From Candidatus Binatia bacterium (GTDB lineage Bacteria; Desulfobacterota; Binatia; UBA9968; JAJDTQ01), in NCBI GenBank assembly GCA_022824205.1, contig JAJEAI010000056.1, positions 1-32,000 of the forward strand: 32,000 bases of DNA. Reading direction: 5' to 3'. A model generated the notes under the pieces. The model saw only the letters and a program-made list of their open reading frames with translations. It ran no database searches and was not told where the DNA came from. A program made the translations under genes and the position numbers. This document shows, piece by piece, positions 7,490 through 14,165 of the stretch. Position 1 is the first letter of the stretch. Every line of letters starts with the position of its first letter.

Positions 7490-8242
7490 ATGATCATTCA
7501 CGGGATGAGTTCGCGAGAGGCCAAGGCCCGCGTGGACGAGCACTACCGCCAAGTGGCGCAACGGTGGCGCGAGCGGGTGACCGGCTCGCGGTTCATGATT
7601 CAGCTCATGGAGGGAAGCCTGCCGCGGGACGCGCTGCGGACGTTCTTCAAGAACTGGGCTTCCTACACCATCGAGATCAACACGGTGGAGGCGGCGTCCT
7701 ACCACAAGCACATCGCCTTCTTCCGGCGCAACCGCGACCTCATGGCGCCCATGGCCCGCAAGCTCGCCGATGAGCTATTGCATCCGGAGCCGCCCGGACA
7801 CATCCACGTGGTGCTGGAGACGGCCAAGGCGTTGGGGATCGAGGAGGACGAGGTTTACCTGGAGCCCATGTTGGCCGAGTTCCGCGCCAAGATCGACTTC
7901 AAGCGCGCGATCCTCTGGGAAGGCTCCGTGGCCGAGTTCTACGCCGCGGGAGCCACCGAGGAGCAGACCGGCTACTGGTCGGCGGACTGCTTCAAGGCCC
8001 TCACCACCCACTACGGCCTCACCCCAGAGCAGGCCGTCTACTTCTCCACCCACGAGGAAGCCGACCTCAAGGAGCACGAGGACGGCGTCATGGGCCACGG
8101 CAGCTTCCGCCGCCTGGTGCTGCAACGCCTCCTGGAGGGCGGCATCGAGGTGCGCGCCGGCTACGACCTCGACTACTGCGGCCGCACCGCCGTGGACCTC
8201 CACGGCGGCATCCTCAACGCCTGCCTGGCGGCGGAAGGCTGA
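7490..8242 (+). CDS. Heme-oxygenase-fold protein of the TenA/PqqC/CADD-like group (putative iron-dependent redox enzyme)
   Basis: 250 aa, trimmed from the 646-aa track ORF to the ATG at 7490 (GGAAGGGG upstream). All-helical sequence with the motifs FFKNWASYTIEINTVEAASYHKH and YFSTHEEADLKEHEDG (an HxxxDxxH-type metal-ligand helix). Confidence 0.55.
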   Translation: MIIHGMSSREAKARVDEHYRQVAQRWRERVTGSRFMIQLMEGSLPRDALRTFFKNWASYTIEINTVEAASYHKHIAFFRRNRDLMAPMARKLADELLHPEPPGHIHVVLETAKALGIEEDEVYLEPMLAEFRAKIDFKRAILWEGSVAEFYAAGATEEQTGYWSADCFKALTTHYGLTPEQAVYFSTHEEADLKEHEDGVMGHGSFRRLVLQRLLEGGIEVRAGYDLDYCGRTAVDLHGGILNACLAAEG

Positions 8243-8357
8243 GGGACGACCCCGACACCGCCGAGTCGGTCCATTTCGTTGCGGTTGCCAAACGCGGCCA
8301 TAGCTTGACCGGAGCTTTATCTGTCCTTAACGATCGTGTGCCAAGCTCTGATCGCGT

Positions 8358-9500
8358 ATGAAGATCGCGGTCATCACGGACGCTTGGGAACCGCAGGTCA
8401 ACGGCGTGGTGCGAACGTTGCAGCAGACGCGAACGCACCTGGGAAAACTCGGGCACGAAACACGCTTCGTGACGCCGCTGGACTTCGCCACTTTCCCTTG
8501 TCCCACCTATCCGTCCATCCGACTGGCCCTTTTCGCCGGCCGCGGGGTCCGGCGCATCCTGCGGGAATTCAAGCCCGAGGCCGTACACCTTTCCACCGAG
8601 GGACCGATCGGACACGCGGCGCGGTCCTATTGTTGCCGCTTCGGCATCCCCTTCACCACGTGTTTCCACACGCTCTTTCCTGAATACATCCGCGCACGCG
8701 CGCCGATTCCGGTGAGCTGGTCCTACCGCTACCTGCGGCGGTACCACGGTGCCGCTACGCGAACCTTGGTGGCGACCCGCTCCCTGGCCGAGCATTTGCG
8801 TCGAAACGGCTTCGACAACCTCGCCATCTGGGCCCGAGGCGTGGACACGGACCTATTCAAGCCGGGACCCAAGTCCTTTCTGCCGGGCGCGCGGCCGCTG
8901 TCCATGTACATGGGGCGCGTGGCGGTGGAAAAGAACATCGAGGCATTTCTGGATCTGGACCTTCCCGGCACCAAGTACGTCGTGGGGGACGGCCCGGATC
9001 TGCGGAGCCTGCGCTCGCGTTACCCGGACGTCCGGTTCGTCGGGCAGAAACTGGGCGAGGAGCTGGCGGCGCATGTGGCCGCCGCCGACGTGTTCGTCTT
9101 CCCGAGCCTGACGGACACCTTCGGGCTCGTCATGCTGGAGGCCATGGCCTGCGGCGTTCCGGTGGCGGCATTTCCGGTCACCGGACCGTTGGACGTGGTG
9201 CGGAACGGCATCACCGGCGTCCTGCACCCGGACCTTCGCGCCGCCGTTCTCGGCGCATTGGAGGTCGATCCCGCCGACTGTGTGGCCTACGCACGGCAGC
9301 ACACTTGGCTGGAGTGGACCCGGCGGTTCGTGTCGCTGTTGGAGCCCGTTGCGCCGGGCTTCTGGCAGAAGGCCGTGCGTCCCCTTCCCCCGCCTCCGCC
9401 CCACCTGGATTCCCGCTTCCCAGGCGATGTCATTCCGCTACACCCCGATGAGTCATTCCCGCGGAAGCGGGAATCCAGGCGGGGTGAGGCCGGGCAATGA
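8358..9500 (+). CDS. GT4-family glycosyltransferase, Agt/SQD2-like (putative diacylglycerol glycosyl/glucuronosyl transferase)
   Basis: N-terminus MKIAVITDAWEPQVNGVVRTL is characteristic of SQD2/Agt-like GT4 enzymes. The C-terminal E-x7-E region is FVFPSLTDTFGLVMLEAMACGVPV. The last ~35 codons (PPHLDSRFPGDV...SFPRKRESRRGEAGQ) are encoded by REP elements. Confidence 0.8.
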   Translation: MKIAVITDAWEPQVNGVVRTLQQTRTHLGKLGHETRFVTPLDFATFPCPTYPSIRLALFAGRGVRRILREFKPEAVHLSTEGPIGHAARSYCCRFGIPFTTCFHTLFPEYIRARAPIPVSWSYRYLRRYHGAATRTLVATRSLAEHLRRNGFDNLAIWARGVDTDLFKPGPKSFLPGARPLSMYMGRVAVEKNIEAFLDLDLPGTKYVVGDGPDLRSLRSRYPDVRFVGQKLGEELAAHVAAADVFVFPSLTDTFGLVMLEAMACGVPVAAFPVTGPLDVVRNGITGVLHPDLRAAVLGALEVDPADCVAYARQHTWLEWTRRFVSLLEPVAPGFWQKAVRPLPPPPPHLDSRFPGDVIPLHPDESFPRKRESRRGEAGQ

Positions 9501-9617
9501 GGTCGCCACACCCACCCCACCCCTGGATTCCCGCTTTCGCGGCAATGACGGTTCGGGGTGGCCGTGCCATTCCGTGTTCGTTTGGGGTCTTGACACAGCT
9601 TGTTTCGCGGGAATGAG
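9399..9617. repeat. Cluster of REP-like palindromic elements (at least 3 copies plus a partial one; BIME-like)
   Basis: Unit is approximately cacccc-ctggattcccgc-ttyc-gcgggaatgac. Copies: 9399-9436 (direct), 9452-9486 (inverted, with the perfect hairpin attcccgc-ggaa-gcgggaat at 9455-9474), 9511-9551 (direct), and a partial copy at 9603-9617. It lies between convergent genes. Confidence 0.8.
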
Positions 9618-9618
9618 C

Positions 9619-10155
9619 CTATTGCTCCAGTTGAGAGCCGGCGATGTAGTAGAACGTTTCCAGCGCGGGCAGGATGTACCAGTCGTCGTGGGGAAAACGC
9701 ATGGCGAGGAAGAAGCCCCAGATGGACAGGACCGTGCCGACGTATTGAGGGTGGCGGAGGATCGAGAAGGGGAAGGACCGGCACCAGGAGACATCGTAAC
9801 CGAACTTGGCACCGTAGAAGACGCCCACCTGGCCCAGGCGCAGGAACACGCTCAGGTTGAGCACCTGGCCCGCGATCACCAGCGCGGTGCCGACGCTCAG
9901 CCACAAGACACTCTCGTTCAAGGAGCTCAAGGAGCCTTCTCCGTAGAGATAGCACCAGCCGAGGAACACGCTGATCTGGATGGCCTTGAAGCCCAGGAAG
10001 AGCTTTCGCAGGACGTCGATGGGCTCTCCGAGGAAACGCATCCACGGCAAAGAGCACATCCTGCAGAAGGCCTCGGGGAAGCGCCACACGAAAGCGTAGC
10101 AGATGCGCTCCAAGCTGAGGCAGAAGGCGGCGACTACGAAGCTCCAGAGGTCCAT
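9619..10155 (-). CDS. PEMT/ICMT-family integral-membrane methyltransferase (phospholipid methyltransferase-like)
   Basis: 178 aa, multi-pass hydrophobic protein with the C-terminal signature FSILRHPQYVGTVLSIWGFFL (the RHPxYxG motif of the PEMT/ICMT clan). It is the last gene of the plcP operon. Confidence 0.7.
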   Translation of the reverse strand: MDLWSFVVAAFCLSLERICYAFVWRFPEAFCRMCSLPWMRFLGEPIDVLRKLFLGFKAIQISVFLGWCYLYGEGSLSSLNESVLWLSVGTALVIAGQVLNLSVFLRLGQVGVFYGAKFGYDVSWCRSFPFSILRHPQYVGTVLSIWGFFLAMRFPHDDWYILPALETFYYIAGSQLEQ

Positions 10156-10233
10156 CTGTTTGTGCGCATTCCAGACAAGCCGTGCACCGGCGTAAGCTAC
10201 ACGCCCGCACGCTCCCGGGTTTGCCTCCCTTGA

Positions 10234-12627
10234 TTACCGGCCCGCTTCCCGCTGGTCGCGCGCCTCGAGGCACTCGTCGCCCGACGACAATCCCTCCGTG
10301 GCGTAACCGGGCTTGTATGCCTCTACGCTGGAGTACGGCGGCAGGAAGGCGCGCGCTTCCGCCAACGACCGCGGCACGTAGGCGATGAGGTCCGTGAGCG
10401 GGTCGGTGATGAGCTTGATGAACCACACCATGGAGATGCGGAAGTCGTGCAGCCAAGTGAGATAGGCCACACGGCCCAGCACCACGATCAGCGTCAGGCC
10501 GAACCACTGCTTGGCGATGGCGGGCAACGTGTCCGCGGCGGCGGCCCACGTCCACGCGTCGACGCCCGCCAGGTTGAACACCGGAATCAACAAGTAGGCC
10601 AGGACGATGAGGGTCTTGTTGCGAGTGTTGTAGCCCAGCAGCAGCTCTTCCTTGTCGTGGCACGGCGGCTCGATGACCGCGTGACCCAGTTGCCGCACCA
10701 GCAGCGCGGCGAGGCTGAAGGACACCGCGGTGGTGAGGTTCGCGAATATCAGGAAGTAGCAGTAGATGAAGACGCTGGAGCTCAGGATGTGGCCGAACTG
10801 GTTCAGCGGATGGCTGTGGGACGCCTCGTGGTCGTCGTGCTTGCGGCGCATGACCTCGGTGTAGAAGGCCCACAGGGGCTTCGGCACGGGCACCAGCGTG
10901 CCCAGAAGTTCGCGCACAAGTCCCCTCCGCAGCTTGCGGTCGCGGCCGGGCTGCTGCGCTTCGGTGAGCCACCAACCGTCCTGGCGCATGGCGCGGGCCG
11001 CGCTCACGAGCTTGCCCTTGAGTTCCCGATAGTCCTCCGGTCCGAAGTCCATGTTGCTGATGCAGCGGCCGGTGCCGACCCAACTCAGGGTGACCCCTTC
11101 GGCCCGCAGGTAGTACTGCAGCAGCCAGTTGTAACGGCCGGGCTCCTGGAACAGCACCGTCCACACGGTGGCGAGGTTCACCACCCGCAGCGGCAGGCCG
11201 GCCTGCGCCAGCTCCTGGTTGGTCTCCCGCGCCCAGTCGCCGCAACGGTCGTTGACCTCGTCGTAGGCGGCCTCCGCCTCCGGTCCGGCAACCCAGCGAA
11301 GGAACTCGTTCATGGCGCCCATCACCACGGGATGCGCGGAGAACGTGCCGATGACGTAGGCCAGGCGCATGGGGTGGTCGGGGTCCGTGCGCCGCATGAG
11401 TTCCTTCCGGCCGCACACCACGCCGATGGGCATCCCGCCGCCCACGGTCTTGCCGTAGACCACCATGTCGGCCTGGACGTCGAAAAACTCCTGCGCGCCA
11501 CCGGGAGCCAGCCGGAAACCGGAGTAGACCTCGTCGAAGATCAGCGGGATATCACACGCGGCACAGACTTCGCGCAACTCGTGCAGCCACCGCTGATACG
11601 CGGCGTGCTCCTCGCGCGTCTTGCGCACGCTGCTGGTGAGCAACAATGCGTCGCTCGGCGGGGGCGAGTTCGGATGGAACGACTGCACCGGGTTCACCAG
11701 CACGCCCGCGATCTCCCCGGAGCGCCGGCGGATGGCGGCCAGCGAGGCGGGGGCCATGTCCTTGAGGGTGAGACAGTCCGTCAAGTCGCGCTCGCTCCCC
11801 AGGCCGGGCTGCACGCCGTCCCACCAGCCGTGGTAGGCGCCGGAGAAGCACACGATGAACCGGCGCCGCGTGTTGAAGCGCGCCAGCCGCACGGCGGACA
11901 TCACCGCCTCGGTGCCGCTCATGTGGAACGACACTTCGTCCAGCCCGGAGATCCTCTTGAGCACGTGGATGTTCTCGGCCACGAGGGGATGAAGCGGACC
12001 CAGCACCACGCCCAGGTCCTTGACGCGTTCCATGCCCTTCCGCATCCACTGCTTGTAGCGCTCCTGTCCCGCCACGTTGACGCCGTAGGAGCCGCTGAGG
12101 TCGAGGGACCAGTTCCCGTCGAGGTCACGCAGGCGCGGCCCGTCGGACTCGGTCACCACCGAGCAAAGGTTGAACTTCTTCCGCATCAGCCGCGCGAACG
12201 GAAACGGCACCCGGCCGGCGTCGGTGAAGCGCAGGTCCGAGAAGTTCTCCCGGATGGCGCCGCTCCAGGCAATGGCCTCGGCGGAACGCGCGCGGAAGTG
12301 GTTGGCGAGCCGCTCCAGCGCGTTCTCGCGGCGCTGCGCCCAACCCGGTTCCGCACCGTCGGCGCTGAAGAACTCGTGCGCGGCGTAGTCCCTGGAACGC
12401 ACCCAGCGGGCAAGGCGCCGGGACAGCGCCGGCCCGAACGCACGCGCGCGCACCGTAACCAGCCCACGGTAGAGCTTCCTGATCGGCACGAGCACGGCCG
12501 CACCAAGCAGCAAGACGAGAGCCGGCATCCACGCGGCCCCCAACTCGATGCTGCATCCCGTCATGAAACCGGGTCCCGGGCAGGACAAACCGATCCGGAG
12601 CGCTTCACTCGCTTCCACCAAGCCCAT
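10234..12627 (-). CDS. Fusion protein: N-terminal membrane anchor + class-III (GSA-aminomutase-like) PLP aminotransferase + C-terminal DUF962/Mpo1-like membrane domain
   Basis: Aminotransferase motifs: HMSGTEAVMSAVRLARFNTRRRFIVCFSGAYHGWWDG and IFDEVYSGFRLAPGGAQEFFDVQADMVVYGKTVGGGMPIGV (PLP Lys in YGKT). C-terminal ~190 aa: SHSHPLNQFGHILSSSVF and VRQLGHAVIE match the Mpo1/DUF962 His motifs (HHNPKNVLIH, FQFVGHGVFE). I chose the start at ATG 12627 (AGGAGG 10 nt upstream); the track ORF extends to GTG 12702. Confidence 0.75.
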   Translation of the reverse strand: MGLVEASEALRIGLSCPGPGFMTGCSIELGAAWMPALVLLLGAAVLVPIRKLYRGLVTVRARAFGPALSRRLARWVRSRDYAAHEFFSADGAEPGWAQRRENALERLANHFRARSAEAIAWSGAIRENFSDLRFTDAGRVPFPFARLMRKKFNLCSVVTESDGPRLRDLDGNWSLDLSGSYGVNVAGQERYKQWMRKGMERVKDLGVVLGPLHPLVAENIHVLKRISGLDEVSFHMSGTEAVMSAVRLARFNTRRRFIVCFSGAYHGWWDGVQPGLGSERDLTDCLTLKDMAPASLAAIRRRSGEIAGVLVNPVQSFHPNSPPPSDALLLTSSVRKTREEHAAYQRWLHELREVCAACDIPLIFDEVYSGFRLAPGGAQEFFDVQADMVVYGKTVGGGMPIGVVCGRKELMRRTDPDHPMRLAYVIGTFSAHPVVMGAMNEFLRWVAGPEAEAAYDEVNDRCGDWARETNQELAQAGLPLRVVNLATVWTVLFQEPGRYNWLLQYYLRAEGVTLSWVGTGRCISNMDFGPEDYRELKGKLVSAARAMRQDGWWLTEAQQPGRDRKLRRGLVRELLGTLVPVPKPLWAFYTEVMRRKHDDHEASHSHPLNQFGHILSSSVFIYCYFLIFANLTTAVSFSLAALLVRQLGHAVIEPPCHDKEELLLGYNTRNKTLIVLAYLLIPVFNLAGVDAWTWAAAADTLPAIAKQWFGLTLIVVLGRVAYLTWLHDFRISMVWFIKLITDPLTDLIAYVPRSLAEARAFLPPYSSVEAYKPGYATEGLSSGDECLEARDQREAGR

Positions 12628-12726
12628 TGACAGTATTCCTCCTGTCGCCCCTTCGGCCGCGCGCCAGTGTTCCGTCCGGTTCATTCGGACAGAATCCCGC
12701 ACGGCTTGGGAGGACCGACCTTCTTC

Positions 12727-13587
12727 TCAGGCAGGCCTGCCTGCCGCTCCGTCGCGATGGTGGGCGTCGTCCTTGTTGGTAAGCAGCGGGACAAACGCAC
12801 GGTCCTCCTCCTCGCCGAAGGCGATCCGGTGAGTGTCCTGCCACTCCAGCAACTCCAGCCGCCCGTCCTCGTGCTCCACCAGAGCGCTGTTGCTCTCCAC
12901 CCAGTCGCCGCAGTTGCAGTAGGTGATGTCGTTCAGGGAAACGATCTGAGCCCGGTGGATGTGTCCGCAGATGACCCCGTCCACCCCCAGGCGCGCCGCC
13001 TCGAACGCCACCGCCGCCTCGAAGTTGCTGATGTAGCGCATGGCGTTCTTGACCTTGTGCTTGATGGCGCCGGCGAGCGACCAGTAGGGCAGCCCTACCT
13101 TGCGCCGTGCCAGGTTGAGCCGCGTATTGACGGCCAGGAGCACGTCGTACGCGTGGCTGCCGAGGAGCGCGATGGCCCTGGAGGAGCGCACCACGCTGTC
13201 GAACTGGTCGCCGTGAATCACCAGGAACCGCTTGCCGTCGGCCTTTCGGTGCACGATCCGGTCACTGATCCGGATGTTGCCGAACGTCATGCCGTCGTAG
13301 TCGCGCAACATCTCGTCGTGATTCCCCGGGACGTAGATCACCTTGGTGCCGTACTTGGCCTTCCCGAGTATCGTTCGTAGAACGTTGTTGTGGTCCTGGG
13401 GCCAGAACGGCCGTTTGCGGACGGACCATATGTCGATGATGTCACCGACAAGATAGAGAAACTCGCACTCCACGGAACGCAGGAATGCAAGCAGAGACGC
13501 GGCGCTGCAGCCGCGGAAACCCAGATGGATGTCGGAGAGCCAGACCGTACGGAAAAACCGCGGTACCGTTCCCGTCGAGTTCGACAC
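12727..13587 (-). CDS. plcP: PlcP-type metallophosphoesterase (LpxH-like/COG2908; putative phosphate-starvation phospholipase C)
   Basis: 286 aa. Calcineurin-like motifs are WLSDIHLG, YLVGDIIDIW, VPGNHD, IHGDQFD and CGHIH. The stretch GDIIDIWSVRKRPFWPQDHNNVLRTILGKAKYGTKVIYVPGNHDE resembles the PlcP clade rather than LpxH proper. GTG start at 13587 with GAGGTG 5 nt upstream. Confidence 0.7.
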   Translation of the reverse strand: MSNSTGTVPRFFRTVWLSDIHLGFRGCSAASLLAFLRSVECEFLYLVGDIIDIWSVRKRPFWPQDHNNVLRTILGKAKYGTKVIYVPGNHDEMLRDYDGMTFGNIRISDRIVHRKADGKRFLVIHGDQFDSVVRSSRAIALLGSHAYDVLLAVNTRLNLARRKVGLPYWSLAGAIKHKVKNAMRYISNFEAAVAFEAARLGVDGVICGHIHRAQIVSLNDITYCNCGDWVESNSALVEHEDGRLELLEWQDTHRIAFGEEEDRAFVPLLTNKDDAHHRDGAAGRPA

Positions 13588-13915
13588 GTCGCCACCTCAT
13601 GAGTCGTTCGGATCCGGGCCAAGCAACCCGGGTTCGTTGATTTGGAGTTTCCAGCGAAAAGGCTAACGTGCCGGTGTGTTTACAAGATGAAGCGCTTGCG
13701 TCGAAAAAGCGAAGTCTTCGTTGACGTTCTGTTACCGGCGAAGCGTTGCTTCTCCATTACCGGCGCCTTCTTGCCCGCCTTGACCGCCTGTATGGCCTCG
13801 CGCTGTCCGGCCGGCCGGCTGCCGATGGGTTGCCGATGTATAATGGCCCGAAGCGAAAGGCACACTTCCATGAAAAGACAGATTTCCATGCCTTGCCTTT
13901 TCGCCGTAGCGATAG

Positions 13916-14126
13916 CTAGTGTCGCGTCCCGCAAATAAGTGGCATAATTTGCCGGTCTTTTTCGCCGTCGGCTGCGTGACGTCACCCCGGGCTTGACCCG
14001 GGGTCTTCCTCGCGTGGTACCCGCCACACGGGGCGACCGCGGGTCGCCCCTACGGGTCATCGCGCCTTGCCGACGACAAAAAATCCTGCGCAACTTATGC
14101 CACTTATTTGCGGGACGCGACACTAG
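13916..14126. mobile_element. MITE-like non-autonomous element with perfect 32-bp terminal inverted repeats
   Basis: ctagtgtcgcgtcccgcaaataagtggcataa (13916-13947) is the exact reverse complement of 14095-14126. The outermost CTAG could instead be a 4-bp target-site duplication of the IS5 type. The 147-bp interior carries two REP-type hairpins (accccggg-cttga-cccggggt at 13983-14003; ggggcgacc-gcg-ggtcgcccc at 14030-14050) and has no coding capacity. Confidence 0.75.
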
Positions 14127-14165
14127 AGATTTAATCCGATCTTAACCTGCTTCGGGTAAGGAACC

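Noticed and set aside
8321-8327. Pho-box-like half-site CTGTCCT 31 nt upstream of the GT4 start. A weak 7-4-7 match also lies upstream of plcP (13676-13693; minus strand GCTTCAT-CTTG-TAAACAC).
   Set aside because: Only one good heptamer is present at the GT4 gene, with no properly spaced second repeat. The plcP-side match scores 4/7 and 3/7. Neither is good enough to claim PhoB control, and the Pho-box consensus of this unidentified organism is unknown.
9399-9617. Repeated ~35-bp units that could superficially suggest a CRISPR array.
   Set aside because: The copies are in mixed orientation, imperfect and irregularly spaced, are themselves palindromic, and have no unique spacers of constant length. 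This is REP/BIME-type architecture. No cas genes are present in the window.
10447-12630. 727-aa ORF on the plus strand opposite the aminotransferase fusion gene. Similar giant antisense ORFs occur at 14142-16349 (735 aa, opposite ppk), 590-2017, 9287-11416, 16208-17776, 28670-30457 and 21801-23141.
   Set aside because: Their translations are low-complexity and rich in Arg/Gly/Pro/His/Val, with no recognisable motifs. Each lies antisense to an ORF with strong family signatures. This is the usual high-GC artefact in which stop codons are rare in the antisense frames.
13732-13765. Direct repeat TTACCGGCG (13732-13740 and 13757-13765), spaced 25 nt, in the plcP upstream region.
   Set aside because: This is a short GC-rich 9-mer repeated once. 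It could be a regulator site, but it is equally likely to occur by chance in GC-rich DNA, and no supporting symmetry or promoter context is present.
13642-14123. ORFs of 98 aa (plus strand, 13642-13938) and 147 aa (minus strand, 13680-14123) in the plcP-ppk intergenic region.
   Set aside because: Both run into or through the MITE-like element. They encode Cys/Arg-rich or low-complexity peptides and lack RBS sequences and family resemblance.
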